A stretch of 64,000 nucleotides of DNA from Candidatus Shapirobacteria bacterium GW2011_GWF2_37_20 (GCA_000989305.1 LBTB01000005.1:4409-68408), one strand, 5' to 3'; positions 30,119 to 40,700 are shown, counted from the first letter of the stretch. Notes: generated by a model from the letters alone, not told the origin. Numbers and translations: made by a program.

Positions 30119-32743
30119 TTGAATATGGAAAACTTAGGTAGTCCCCAAGAAAAAGCGGCAAGAAGGCCGGAAATTAATAGGGTGAAGGAGTTAATAAAAG
30201 TAGCAAATAGTGTCAGGCAAAATGAAGATCCGGACCGTCCTGTCATGGATGCGGGATATAAAGACGTGGTTAGGAGTTTTGGTTTACAGGGAGTAGAGAC
30301 GGTTGATGATTTGTTTAATAGGACAGATGCACCAAATTATAACCCGGGCAAAGCAAGGGAAGCATTAAATGTGATGGCAACGGCGGTTTACGAGACGATG
30401 AAGGAAGAGGGAAAAGGAAAACTGGTAGTAGCGGGAACATCTTCGGTTGAAAAATATTTACCAAGTGAGTTCGTGGGCAGAGATAAGGGTGATCCTGAAG
30501 GAAGCCGTTTTGCTTCGATGGTGGTACAAAATTTTATTGATAAATTCGGAACGGAAGAAAAGAGAATTGAAGTTTCAAACACTTTAGAATATCTAGATTA
30601 CATAAAAAATAGCGGATACAACAGGGGAACATTTTTAGCAGAACAAGCTGATGAGACGTATGCAAATTTAAAAAAGATTAGGCCAAATGTAATGGATAAA
30701 GAAGAAATGGAGGCCTATGTAAAGGCAATTGATTATGTGTCTGGATTAAAAACCAAGAATGTGGTGGCTGAATCTCCAAAGAATAAAACCGGCGAAAGCG
30801 TTGAAGATCCAAAGAAAAAAATCGGGGAAAAAGCGAGACAGAGTGTTGAAGATATTATAAACGAGAAATTAGAAAAACATCCTTTAGCGTTTGATAAATC
30901 CGAAATGCCGTCGGACTCTGACACAGAAGAGGAAAGAGAAGAAAAGTTGAGAAGAAGAGAGTTAAAAATAGAAAAAAGAGGGGAGGGAGTGGCAAGGGTA
31001 TTAAACCAGTTTGATATGAGGGGAAGGGGCGAAAGATCAGAGCTGGAAATAATGGGACCTGTTAGTGTTGATGAAATAAGACATACATTAAAAGAGATGG
31101 AAGATAGCGGTAGAGATGTTAGCGATCTGACTTTGAATTCTCGTAAGTTTGGGAAATTGATAGACATAACAAATGACATAAACGATAAAATTAAGGCGAT
31201 TGAAGAGGGCGATGCAGAAAAAATTGAGAAATCAATTGTGGTGTTGGGGAAAAATGGTCAAGTGTTGAATAAGGCTGAAATGATGGAATTACGAACAGAA
31301 ATAAAAATGAGGAGTTTTTTGAATGATTTTTTTCTAGCGACGTCTGATGCCCACGATATTGAAAGTATAGCAAAGACAATGATTGCCTTTCACAAAGGTG
31401 ATACAGATAAAGACTGGGACAAAATGTTTATAAGTTTTTTCCTGAAAAACACTGAGAAGAAAGATGGTGATGGTAAGCTGAAAGAGCTTGGTTCGGCAAA
31501 TGGTTTGTTTGTTGATGTGGCGTGGGATTTGAGACAGGATGCATATTTTAATTATGGTGGTGAAAACGTTAATAAAGATGTTGAAAGCGGTATATTAAAT
31601 GAAATTGTCAAGCGAGAAGATCTTATGCGTGAATACGCAAGAACAAAAGGGAAGGAGCTTGATTTTAATAGTCCAAAAGATGAGGCTAGGACTAGCTTTC
31701 TTAAAGTTTCATTGTTGATGGGTAAAAGTAAGGAATATAAAATTGACAAAAATTATTATACGAATTTGAGAAACGACTTAAACCTAGAAAGGAAAGAGAT
31801 TGTAAAGAAGTATATGATCGAGGAGATTGTAAAAAAGGTTGAGGCTAAGAATCCTGATTTAAGAGGTATTTATACAAAAGAGGAGGCAGAGAGGGCATAT
31901 GAGTTGGCGAGAAAACTATCGGTAGCAACATATACAGACTCTGCCGCAAACATAGCATTTGCAGACGGAGATGATTATAGTGAACTAATTTTATTCAAAG
32001 CGTTGAGATATCAAGACGGGGTGGAGGTGGTAGTAGAAGTTGATGACAAGGGTGTGAAGCATAGAAAGCCAGCCAAAAATAAACCCGTTGGATCAACTGA
32101 GACAATAAAATATATCGAGTCGCTGACGTCGCCATGGTTAGCTACGTTTGCAAAGGTCGATGCGGATAGGGGGGCTTGGAAGGTTTTAAGGGCGGAGGAT
32201 ATTGATATTAATAAAATTAATCCAAAGTCTGAGTCGACTTATCATTTTGGATCAATAATATTGAAGAAGGTCCAAGAGGCTAAGTTGATATTGATGTCAG
32301 GAGCTTCTGCAAAGGATGTTATGGATCCTGATAAAACTCAAAAAGTTTTTGAAAGATTATCAAAAGTTGTGGCGGAGGCAGACAAAGCTGGCTGGAACGT
32401 ATTTAATCCGGAGTACTTTAAGTTACCACCAGTTGACAAAGACCATGATAGGCTAATTGAGGATTTGGTTAGAGCTCAACGATTTATGAGATTTGTTTAT
32501 GTTATGGGTTTGTTGGAGAGGGCGACAAAAACATCTTTGTACGGATGGACCAGAACGACATATGACGAATATGTAAAATTACTTATGGATAGCGGAATGT
32601 TTACTGACGTGAATGGTGGACAAAACGAAAAGTTTATTTCAGAAAAGCAACTTGATTGGATAAATGGTGCTTATCGTCCAAGACAAATATTTGATTTGTT
32701 TGAAAGTCGGGAAAGAGCGAAGAAAAGAAAATATTTTAGGTAA
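30119..32743 (+). CDS. Large charged alpha-helical hypothetical protein
   Basis: 874-aa ORF, no TM or recognisable motif; TATAAT just upstream. Confidence 0.75.
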   Translation: MNMENLGSPQEKAARRPEINRVKELIKVANSVRQNEDPDRPVMDAGYKDVVRSFGLQGVETVDDLFNRTDAPNYNPGKAREALNVMATAVYETMKEEGKGKLVVAGTSSVEKYLPSEFVGRDKGDPEGSRFASMVVQNFIDKFGTEEKRIEVSNTLEYLDYIKNSGYNRGTFLAEQADETYANLKKIRPNVMDKEEMEAYVKAIDYVSGLKTKNVVAESPKNKTGESVEDPKKKIGEKARQSVEDIINEKLEKHPLAFDKSEMPSDSDTEEEREEKLRRRELKIEKRGEGVARVLNQFDMRGRGERSELEIMGPVSVDEIRHTLKEMEDSGRDVSDLTLNSRKFGKLIDITNDINDKIKAIEEGDAEKIEKSIVVLGKNGQVLNKAEMMELRTEIKMRSFLNDFFLATSDAHDIESIAKTMIAFHKGDTDKDWDKMFISFFLKNTEKKDGDGKLKELGSANGLFVDVAWDLRQDAYFNYGGENVNKDVESGILNEIVKREDLMREYARTKGKELDFNSPKDEARTSFLKVSLLMGKSKEYKIDKNYYTNLRNDLNLERKEIVKKYMIEEIVKKVEAKNPDLRGIYTKEEAERAYELARKLSVATYTDSAANIAFADGDDYSELILFKALRYQDGVEVVVEVDDKGVKHRKPAKNKPVGSTETIKYIESLTSPWLATFAKVDADRGAWKVLRAEDIDINKINPKSESTYHFGSIILKKVQEAKLILMSGASAKDVMDPDKTQKVFERLSKVVAEADKAGWNVFNPEYFKLPPVDKDHDRLIEDLVRAQRFMRFVYVMGLLERATKTSLYGWTRTTYDEYVKLLMDSGMFTDVNGGQNEKFISEKQLDWINGAYRPRQIFDLFESRERAKKRKYFR

Positions 32744-32881
32744 GGCGTTGATCTATTCAGTTGGTGGTGGGTTATTATTACGAAAAATTTCCCCTCGAAG
32801 TCTGTTGTTTTCGATTTTTTGTTTAACAGTATTATTTTGGTTTAAATTAGTCATTTTGTTTATAAGTTTTTATTTACATAT

Positions 32882-34555
32882 CTAGTCCAAATCACCAACA
32901 TCTGGATTTTTTACTTGGAAATCTTTACCCTTTTGGTCTTGTCGTTTTTTCCTCCAGGAATCAAATGGCATAAAGACTTTCTTATCAACATAATCAGTGG
33001 TTTTATCGCTAATTTCTTCGCGAATTCCACCTGTTACGCTTGATGCAACAGCGCCGCCTAGACTTGTTGCCATGTTCTTACTAAGACCTTCACCAATAGC
33101 CTGGCCCCAAGGAGAGGGCTTAATCATAAAGATAAATTGAGGCACCATTTCAGGAAGCTTGCTGATGAGAGCGAGGCCAGCCAAACCAATGGCGGCACCG
33201 ATAATGGAGGGGGAAATACCGCCAGCACTGAGAAGTGATGGGGTCCAAACTGCGGGTTGAAAAAGACCACCGGTAGAACCGACATTAGAAACAGAAACAG
33301 CATCGATAATCATATTCAGAAGAACTAAAAATATTCCAACTACAGGGAAAACAGCCATGTTGGCGGCAACATCAAGAATCCAGGAGGAAAAACCTATTTT
33401 TGCATTAGGAAAAGCACCCATGCCAATCTCGAGCGGAGCTAGAACAATTTTGAAAATGAGAGTGACGTAACACTTGAGAAGACCAAAATAGAGTTTGATC
33501 AACCAAATGGCGACGATAATACAAAGAACAATGGGAACTAAGAGACCACCAATAAGACCACCGGCGGCACCGCCAACCACACGACCAACCATGTCACCAA
33601 CAAAATTAGCTCCGGTTCCAAATATGGCACCAACACCACCGAGAAGGAAACCGAGAACAATGCTACCCAAAAGACCGCCAAGCATAACAAGTGAAAGCCA
33701 ACCGGGGACAGCCCGATAGGTTAACATTTGCATGTCGCGGAGAGTAGGGTTGCTGAGGCTTGAAAATTTAAAGTTTTCAGGGGTAAAAATAGCACCAATT
33801 CCATTAAGAATGTCGCTGACAATCGGAAAGCCAGAACCCCACCAACCGGGGAAGAGACTATCAGTAAGAGGTACACCTTTGACGGAAAAGAGAAGGGCGA
33901 CGACGAGAGCCTGGATGAAATTGAACAAATCGATAACCAGACCAGCGATAGCGTAGGAAAAGGTGACTAAAATGAGAGTGGTTATCAATTGGGGGATGGC
34001 ACTTTGAACGGTGACGACGGCCTGGGGACTAATTTTGACCCGAAGCATAATCATAATGCCAATGGCTATAAAAATTATTGAGGTAAGGACATAGACGGCA
34101 TTTCTGAAACCGCGCCAAAGAGGCAATAAAAACTGAAGGCCGTTAAAACCAACACCTTGGGCATAGGCGGGTTTACCTAAAAAAGAATCCCTAACTTGGG
34201 CAATATATTCAACGCCGGAAGCGGGAGGAGTATTGAGAGCGGCGACCATATTGTTCATAGTGCCAAAGGCCCCACCGGGAATATAGTTTTGAATAACGTT
34301 GGTAGTAGGAGTACTGGATTCAAAAATTTCAGCAGGAATTTCACCAACCATACCAGTAAAAAGAGACATCATGTTACTACTCATGGCTTCATTAGTCCAA
34401 GATTCCAGGCCGCTACCATTTTTAATAGCGGACTGTTTTTGAAGAAAGAGATTGGGTTGGGATTGGGCAAAGGCAGGAGAGACAAAGAAAGACCCGCTTA
34501 GACCAAAGGTTACAGCAAGGAAAAGTAAAAAACCAAATAAAGATCGGCTGGACAT
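32882..34555 (-). CDS. VirB6/TrbL-like polytopic membrane protein
   Basis: Signal peptide (AFA-Q), many Gly-rich TMs, LVTFSYAIAGLVID, IVLAPL...W; downstream of the pilin array. Confidence 0.65.
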   Translation of the reverse strand: MSSRSLFGFLLFLAVTFGLSGSFFVSPAFAQSQPNLFLQKQSAIKNGSGLESWTNEAMSSNMMSLFTGMVGEIPAEIFESSTPTTNVIQNYIPGGAFGTMNNMVAALNTPPASGVEYIAQVRDSFLGKPAYAQGVGFNGLQFLLPLWRGFRNAVYVLTSIIFIAIGIMIMLRVKISPQAVVTVQSAIPQLITTLILVTFSYAIAGLVIDLFNFIQALVVALLFSVKGVPLTDSLFPGWWGSGFPIVSDILNGIGAIFTPENFKFSSLSNPTLRDMQMLTYRAVPGWLSLVMLGGLLGSIVLGFLLGGVGAIFGTGANFVGDMVGRVVGGAAGGLIGGLLVPIVLCIIVAIWLIKLYFGLLKCYVTLIFKIVLAPLEIGMGAFPNAKIGFSSWILDVAANMAVFPVVGIFLVLLNMIIDAVSVSNVGSTGGLFQPAVWTPSLLSAGGISPSIIGAAIGLAGLALISKLPEMVPQFIFMIKPSPWGQAIGEGLSKNMATSLGGAVASSVTGGIREEISDKTTDYVDKKVFMPFDSWRKKRQDQKGKDFQVKNPDVGDLD

Positions 34556-34593
34556 TGAGTTATTTTAGCAAAAAAACAGGTAATGTTTTCATA

Positions 34594-36015
34594 TTAAAAC
34601 CAGGATGCGGGACGAAGTAATGATTGCATTTCCTTATAGAGGGCATCAGCTCGGTAGCCAGGGTCGGGGATAGGATTATTTTGATTAGTGGTAGTGGTGC
34701 TGGAAAAAGACTTATCCAAGAGATTGTTGTTTTTGAGAGTGGAGGCAGGAATCATGTTGGAATAAGCCATTTCGGCAACCTTGGTATTATCAACTACTTT
34801 GGCGTCGTAGGTACTGGAAACTTTGATATCAACACTTTTTTCAAGAGAATTACCGGCGGTGACACGTTGAAAAAAAGCGGCAATAAGAGCGATGCTGGAA
34901 TCAACGGGTTGGTCGCGAGCAATTTCGGAATTTTTTTCAACATTGTCACAAAGAGAGGGGTTGGATAGAGTTTTTTGGCCAGCATAATTGATAAAGCCAA
35001 GATTTTGGTTGGCATTGGCGGCGGCGGCGGCAGGGAGAGTCCGGTCGAAGGAGGTTGGGACGGGACAGGCAGGATTGCCGTTGGCGTCGGTACAATTATA
35101 GTTAACAACAGTGACCTTGCTATTGACGTTGCCCTTGGGAATGTAGTTTAACTGAGAGTACATTAATTCATAGAGATCTTTAGTCAGAGGTGAAAATGAT
35201 TTTCCCTTAGAACGAGTGGAATAACAGCCGTAGGGGCCGGAACAGTTACCACCATAATGGCTTTGGACGTTGCTTAAGACATTTGAAGGAAAGGTGACGG
35301 GAGAGGCAGCGGGGGAAGAATAGTAGATGGGTTCGTCTTTGAGACCAAAAAGAAGCTCGCTGATATAAACTGGACGACAAGAATTACCGGTTGATTGATT
35401 GGTGAGTTCCTGGCAGGTGCCACCACAAGACCAGGCGATTTGATAATCCTGAACAACGGTGTCGATGGGGTTGGCTTGGTCGAGAGATTGGGCAATTTCG
35501 AGTAAAAATTGGCTACGATAATAAAGGAGCTGGGAATAAGGGGTGGTTCGAAGGGAGGCACTAGTGCCGTCGGTGTCAAAATTGGTGAAGGCGGCTTTGG
35601 CCCTGTCGGGGGTGCACTTGATACCACCACGAGCAAAGAATGTTTGATAATTGCGATAAAAATCGTTACTGAGATTTTCGACATCCATTTCGCCAGTGAT
35701 AGGACCCTGCGCCGTGTAATCAACATATTCAAAAATTGGATTACCGTTGGCGTCAGTGGTGCCAGTATCCTGTTGAACGGGTTCCCAGGACTTGGAAATT
35801 GTGGCAACACCTTCACAGGTGATGATATTGTCTTCTAAGGTGTTGGAGTAGGTGTCGTTGCTGGGAACTTCCGGAGCCAAAGCAGGTCCAGGAACAGAAC
35901 GGGTGCTGGGTTGCATTTGAATAGGGGGGAAAAGGAAGTCAATGAGATTAAAGGCTTTTGCCGGAGCCGTTGAAAAAAAGAAAAAAATAGCGATGAGGGC
36001 AGAGACTTTTTTCAA
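34594..36015 (-). CDS. Secreted Cys-containing hypothetical protein
   Basis: Signal peptide (AKA-F), paired Cys residues, C-terminal LRPASWF. Confidence 0.7.
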   Translation of the reverse strand: MKKVSALIAIFFFFSTAPAKAFNLIDFLFPPIQMQPSTRSVPGPALAPEVPSNDTYSNTLEDNIITCEGVATISKSWEPVQQDTGTTDANGNPIFEYVDYTAQGPITGEMDVENLSNDFYRNYQTFFARGGIKCTPDRAKAAFTNFDTDGTSASLRTTPYSQLLYYRSQFLLEIAQSLDQANPIDTVVQDYQIAWSCGGTCQELTNQSTGNSCRPVYISELLFGLKDEPIYYSSPAASPVTFPSNVLSNVQSHYGGNCSGPYGCYSTRSKGKSFSPLTKDLYELMYSQLNYIPKGNVNSKVTVVNYNCTDANGNPACPVPTSFDRTLPAAAAANANQNLGFINYAGQKTLSNPSLCDNVEKNSEIARDQPVDSSIALIAAFFQRVTAGNSLEKSVDIKVSSTYDAKVVDNTKVAEMAYSNMIPASTLKNNNLLDKSFSSTTTTNQNNPIPDPGYRADALYKEMQSLLRPASWF

Positions 36016-36018
36016 GAT

Positions 36019-36450
36019 TTAGCCGGGAATGATAAATTGAGTAATGTTGACGCCGGTGAATTGTTGAATAAAGCTTAAGATTAACCAGGAAGCGATTATG
36101 CCGATAAGTCCAATAAAAGCCATGGTTAGGGTTGAAGAGGCGGTGGCAACAGCCTTTTGTTCACCGCTACTGAGAAGGTATTTAAAGCCGCCACTAATAA
36201 ACATAAAGAGAAAAGCTAAACCGGCAAGTAAAACAATTACCTGGAGAACATTGAAGAAGAGACATTCAAAACCTTGGATGGTGGCAATGTCATTGTAGGT
36301 AACATTACCCAGGCCATTGGGGTTAACAGTAACGCTTTTGACACAGCGACCGGTGGTAGTCCAAGATTGAGGACTTTGGGCAAAAGCAGGAGAAACAAGA
36401 AACAAGAGATTGGAAACTAGAAAGAAGAAGAAAAAGAACATGGTTTTCAT
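36019..36450 (-). CDS. TrbC/VirB2-like (T4SS) pilin
   Basis: GGFKYLLSSGEQKAVATASSTLTMAFIGL two-helix pilin motif. Confidence 0.75.
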   Translation of the reverse strand: MKTMFFFFFFLVSNLLFLVSPAFAQSPQSWTTTGRCVKSVTVNPNGLGNVTYNDIATIQGFECLFFNVLQVIVLLAGLAFLFMFISGGFKYLLSSGEQKAVATASSTLTMAFIGLIGIIASWLILSFIQQFTGVNITQFIIPG

Positions 36451-36467
36451 GGGTTAATTATAGCAAG

Positions 36468-36509
36468 AAAAACCCGGTCATTATGTCCATTGGGCACGCT
36501 GACCGGGTT
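36468..36509 (-). terminator. Intrinsic terminator after the 36525-36905 pilin
   Basis: AACCCGGTCA / TGACCGGGTT 10-bp stem followed by a T-run on the minus strand. Confidence 0.7.
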
Positions 36510-36524
36510 GAAGTTTAATAAAAA

Positions 36525-36905
36525 TTATTTATTAAAGGTTGGAATGGTGATCCCGCTAAGAAGACTGATGCCAAAGATGGTTTCGATCAGCTTCATGATG
36601 GCGAAGGTGGCGAAAACGATAGCCAAACCAATTAAGGCATTGGTAATTTGATTGCGGGCAGTCTCGACATTTTTTTGGTCACCACCAGACATAACCCATT
36701 TTAAACCGCCCATGATAAGGATAAAAAAGAAAACTAAGGCGACAACAAGAAGAGCTAGAGAGATGGCTCCAGAGACGATACCGGAAGCGGTAATGCTGGT
36801 AAGAGGCTTAAAATCGCTGGTACCAGGAGTGAGTTCGATGGTGGCGGCATAAGCGGGAACGGCCAAGATAGCGTATTGAAGTTTGTTTTTGATTGAGGAG
36901 ATCAT
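36525..36905 (-). CDS. TrbC/VirB2-like pilin (candidate major subunit)
   Basis: GGLKWVMSGGDQKNVETARNQITNALIGL; AYA signal cleavage site; has its own terminator. Confidence 0.8.
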   Translation of the reverse strand: MISSIKNKLQYAILAVPAYAATIELTPGTSDFKPLTSITASGIVSGAISLALLVVALVFFFILIMGGLKWVMSGGDQKNVETARNQITNALIGLAIVFATFAIMKLIETIFGISLLSGITIPTFNK

Positions 36906-36958
36906 ATTTTTAAAATTAATAAATTTATTAATGAATTTTAACAGTAAGATAAGTTTTT

Positions 36959-37282
36959 TTAAAGGGTGGGCCAGGTTATTTGTAAGTTTTCGAGTCCGGT
37001 AACACCAAGCACAGTGCCAACAAGCTTGAGAACAGCGAAGACGCCGAAAATGACAACTATACCGATAAGGGCAAAGGTAATTTGGTCTTTGGCAACAGTT
37101 AATTTTTTAGGATCACCTTCGGTGCTAATTAAATGATAGCCGGCCATAATGAAATGCCAAATGAAGTAGACAGAGGCAACGAGAAAAAAGATGGAAAAAA
37201 CAGTTTGAATGACGTTGTTGGTGTAGGTGGTGGGGTCTTCAACTTGCTGAAGACCATTTTTTAAGAGGGGATTGAAAATCAT
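36959..37282 (-). CDS. TrbC/VirB2-like pilin
   Basis: AGYHLISTEGDPKKLTVAKDQITFALIG. Start moved to MIFNP (37282) to remove the overlap. Confidence 0.75.
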   Translation of the reverse strand: MIFNPLLKNGLQQVEDPTTYTNNVIQTVFSIFFLVASVYFIWHFIMAGYHLISTEGDPKKLTVAKDQITFALIGIVVIFGVFAVLKLVGTVLGVTGLENLQITWPTL

Positions 37283-37289
37283 ATATTTT

Positions 37290-37652
37290 TTATAAACCCA
37301 TATTGGTAAACATGGTTTGAAGATCGAGGGGGTTGTTGAGGCCAAGGAGTTTGGAAATAAGAGTACCAAGACCAATGGCGATAACAACGATAAATAATCC
37401 CAAAACACCGTTGGTGAGTTTACTACGGTTCATTTCTAATTTTTTCTCGTCACCTTGGGTGGACATAAAGCCGTAACCGGCCAATATAATTTGGACGATA
37501 AAAAAGATAACAGCGATGATGGTGAGAACACCAATGAGTTGGCTGATCAGTTTTTCGAGCATGGTAGTGGCTTGGACACCATCGGTGGGGGAAAGTCCAG
37601 GACCCTTGAGGGTATATTGAACAGCTAGAAGTTTATTGGTTAGTGGGGCCAT
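37290..37652 (-). CDS. TrbC/VirB2-like pilin
   Basis: AGYGFMSTQGDEKKLEMNRSKLTNGVLGL. Confidence 0.75.
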   Translation of the reverse strand: MAPLTNKLLAVQYTLKGPGLSPTDGVQATTMLEKLISQLIGVLTIIAVIFFIVQIILAGYGFMSTQGDEKKLEMNRSKLTNGVLGLFIVVIAIGLGTLISKLLGLNNPLDLQTMFTNMGL

Positions 37653-37962
37653 AGATTTGTGGACTTAAAATGTTAATTCCGGTGAGTCGTCCGACCAAAC
37701 CGGCAATGATAAAAGCAGCGGAAATAATGATAAGTCCAACCAGACTTTGCCAAATTTTCATCCAGGCGAGTTCGGTTTTTTTGGTGTCGCCATTAGCATT
37801 GATGTAATCAAAACCGGCAAAAATTAGTTGAGCAATCATGAAAATGCCACCGGCAATAGCGGCAAATTTTAAAACATTGCCTAAGAAATCAAAAAGACCT
37901 TGACCGGGAGTGGTGCTGGTGTATTTGGTGGGATTTTGGATAGTACCAAAGAGTCCAATCAT
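37633..37962 (-). CDS. TrbC/VirB2-like pilin
   Basis: AGFDYINANGDTKKTELAWMKIWQSLVGL. Confidence 0.75.
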   Translation of the reverse strand: MIGLFGTIQNPTKYTSTTPGQGLFDFLGNVLKFAAIAGGIFMIAQLIFAGFDYINANGDTKKTELAWMKIWQSLVGLIIISAAFIIAGLVGRLTGINILSPQIYGPTNQ

Positions 37963-37965
37963 AGT

Positions 37966-38289
37966 TTATAGAATAGATAATCCAGTAATAACTTCAACAA
38001 TTTGGATTATAAAGTAACTGAGAAAAATTACCAAGAAGCCAATAAGAGCGTCGGTAATCAAGGTTTTTCCGGTAGCGGCTTTTTTTTGATCACCGGAACC
38101 GGCACTGGCAATCATCATAAAACCACCGGCGATTATAAGGACTATAAGAATAATTCCGGCTATGGTTAGGCCATTTTTGACAATTAAAGTAATGAGAGAG
38201 GCGGGGTCGGGATAAGTTTGAGAAATGCTTTTACCGCCACCCAAGGGGGTGTCACCAAGATTGACGGCAGCTAAGACAAGGTTGGTCAT
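37966..38289 (-). CDS. TrbC/VirB2-like pilin
   Basis: GGFMMIASAGSGDQKKAATGKTLITDALIGF. Confidence 0.75.
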   Translation of the reverse strand: MTNLVLAAVNLGDTPLGGGKSISQTYPDPASLITLIVKNGLTIAGIILIVLIIAGGFMMIASAGSGDQKKAATGKTLITDALIGFLVIFLSYFIIQIVEVITGLSIL

Positions 38290-38394
38290 AAATATATAGT
38301 TGGATTATACAATAAATAAGGATAATAATGGTGTTATAATACGCCACAAAATTAATTGATAGAATAAATTTATAAATTAATATTTGCCAAAAAT

Positions 38395-39252
38395 ATGAGA
38401 AAAACTGCCCTAATAGTATTTGCGTGTATCTACCTTAGTTTGGGGATAATTAGAATTGAAGCAAAAGCAGTTAGTCCAACTGTAATACCAACAGCGATAC
38501 CAACAGTGGAGATAATGCCAACGGTGGCGGCGAGAGAGAACATTACTGAGGTATCAAACAAGACGGCGATAAAGACGACTGAGGTGAAATGGAAAGGATG
38601 GAATAGTATAAGTTTCTTGATTTCAGAAGCGATAAAGAGAGGGGTGCCGGAAAATACAATAGTGTTACTGTTACTTTTACCTTTGGTGGCAACTTTAGCC
38701 TCGTTTTTGCACTATGTCGGAGGATTATCCGGATATGGGGTTTTTACACCAACGATGATGGCGGTGGCTTTCTTGGCAACCGGAGTGACGGGCGGATTGG
38801 TTTTATTTGCGGTAATATTGGCGATTACATCCCTGAGTAATATTTTTCTTAAAAAAATGAAGCTGCATTTTTGGCCAGCAAGATCGATTTCTTTGCTGTT
38901 TGTGAGTCTGGGAACTTTTGGGGTAATGATAGTGTCGGCACTACTGAACATCTCTGAAGTGAGTAAAATTTCCATTTTCCCGATTTTGTTTATGATTTTG
39001 CTAACGGAAGAGTTTGTGAGAACCCAATTAATAAAAAGCAAAAAGGAGGCAGTGAGATTAACAATTGGTACCCTAATATTGGCGGGGGTGGGAGCAATTT
39101 CAATGGAAATAAAAGGGTTGCAGGAATTAGTTTTAAAATATCCGGAGATGTTGGTTTTGATGGTAATTGTGATAAATATAGTGGTCGGAAGCTACGGGGG
39201 GATTCGGTTGACAGAGATAAAGAGGTTTAAAAATGCAATCAGAAAAAAATAA
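38395..39252 (+). CDS. 7TM membrane protein (7TM_transglut-like, no transglutaminase domain)
   Basis: LLLPL.A......GL..YGVFTP..., ISIFPI, GIRLTE..RF; N-terminal PT-repeat linker. Confidence 0.8.
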   Translation: MRKTALIVFACIYLSLGIIRIEAKAVSPTVIPTAIPTVEIMPTVAARENITEVSNKTAIKTTEVKWKGWNSISFLISEAIKRGVPENTIVLLLLLPLVATLASFLHYVGGLSGYGVFTPTMMAVAFLATGVTGGLVLFAVILAITSLSNIFLKKMKLHFWPARSISLLFVSLGTFGVMIVSALLNISEVSKISIFPILFMILLTEEFVRTQLIKSKKEAVRLTIGTLILAGVGAISMEIKGLQELVLKYPEMLVLMVIVINIVVGSYGGIRLTEIKRFKNAIRKK

Positions 39253-39277
39253 ATTAATAATGAATAATTAAAAATAT

Positions 39278-40666
39278 ATGTTGGGCATAGATTTAAAACA
39301 GTACCGGCAGTTTTTGACAAAAAACGAAAGAAACAAGGTGTATCTACGCAAAAACAGTTCGCAAGGACGGTCAATTGCTGATAACAAATATAAAACCAAA
39401 ATAAGACTGGCAAGGGCGGGAGTAAGTGTACCAGAATTGATGGCCAGATTTAGAAAAGGAGAAGATCTAAGGAGTTTTGAATGGGGGAAATTGGAGGCGA
39501 ACTTTGTGATTAAGCCGGTATTGGGCTATGGAGGAGAGGGAATACTTATTATAAGAAGGAAACTAGATTCTAGAGACGAGAGAGGGGAAGAAAGATATCT
39601 GATGATGAGCGGGAAGATAATTGGCCTGGAAGAAATTAAACTACATTGTCAGGAAATTTTAGCAGGTAAATATAGTATGCACGGAACGGCTGACAACGTG
39701 ATTATTGAAGAAAGAATTAAAATTCACCCGATGTTTTTTTCACTAACCAAGGTGGGTACTCCGGATATCAGAGTAATTGTGTTTAATTGGGTGCCAGTGA
39801 TGGCCATGTTGAGAATTCCAACCGAAAAAAGCGGGGGAAAGGCGAATTTACAGCAAGGAGCTTATGGTTTGGGAATTGATTTGGCAACGGGAATTACTAC
39901 CTTTGGGATTGAAGGGAAGGGTGAAGAGGTGCGAAAAATTTTTGATTATCGAAAAAAAAGAATGATTAAGGTAAATGGGATTAAGATTCCTTTTTGGAAA
40001 GAAATTTTAGAAACAGCAGTAAAATGTCAGAGGGCAATCCCGGGATTGGGATTTATGGGGGTTGATATAGTGCTGGATAAAGAAGACGGACCAAAGGTGT
40101 TGGAAGTTAATGCCAGACCAGGCTTGTCAATTCAGCTGTGCAACAAGGCGGGGATGAAGAGAAGGATTGAAAAAATCGATGATATAAACGTGAGAAGTGA
40201 TGAGCACGCCATCTCTTTGGCGAAGTATTTGTTTGGAGAGAAGTTTTCAGATAAGGTCGCTGAGAAGGAACAGGAGAAAAAGATTCAGCCTCTCGAGATT
40301 ATTAAAATGAAAATTCCTCGTGGTTTTAAACCTGATTTACAAAAAAGTCCAATTTTAAAACAAGGGAAACACCGGGTGGTGGAGGTAAGGGCGAAAGTTG
40401 ATACCGGAGCGTTTAGAAGCTCGATTGACAGAAATTTGGCGGATAAATTGGGATTGATGTCGGTGGAAAAGATTTTATATTTTCGGCATTACAAATCAAG
40501 CCTGGGAAAACACAAGGACAGACCGGTAATCGGAGTGACTTTTTGGTTGCAAGGAAAAAAGGTAGTAACGGCAGTTAACGTAGCCGATAGAAGTAAGCTT
40601 CGAACCAAGTTTTTGCTGGGAAGAAAAGATTTGGAAGGATTTTTAATTTCGGCCAAAAAAATATGA
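39278..40666 (+). CDS. Alpha-L-glutamate-ligase-like ATP-grasp protein fused to a retropepsin-like aspartic protease
   Basis: ADNKYKTK, FVIKP..G.GGEGI, PDIRVIV, KANL.QG, LEVNARPGL.IQ; C-terminal AKVDTGA..SSID...RP...DRS....LLGR. Confidence 0.85.
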   Translation: MLGIDLKQYRQFLTKNERNKVYLRKNSSQGRSIADNKYKTKIRLARAGVSVPELMARFRKGEDLRSFEWGKLEANFVIKPVLGYGGEGILIIRRKLDSRDERGEERYLMMSGKIIGLEEIKLHCQEILAGKYSMHGTADNVIIEERIKIHPMFFSLTKVGTPDIRVIVFNWVPVMAMLRIPTEKSGGKANLQQGAYGLGIDLATGITTFGIEGKGEEVRKIFDYRKKRMIKVNGIKIPFWKEILETAVKCQRAIPGLGFMGVDIVLDKEDGPKVLEVNARPGLSIQLCNKAGMKRRIEKIDDINVRSDEHAISLAKYLFGEKFSDKVAEKEQEKKIQPLEIIKMKIPRGFKPDLQKSPILKQGKHRVVEVRAKVDTGAFRSSIDRNLADKLGLMSVEKILYFRHYKSSLGKHKDRPVIGVTFWLQGKKVVTAVNVADRSKLRTKFLLGRKDLEGFLISAKKI

Positions 40667-40700
40667 AGAAGTTAATAAATATTATTTTTTTTAATTAAAA

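Noticed and set aside
32753-32854. 33-aa minus-strand ORF after the VirB6-like gene
   Set aside because: Low-complexity and Asn-rich with no motif; compatible with chance in AT-rich DNA.
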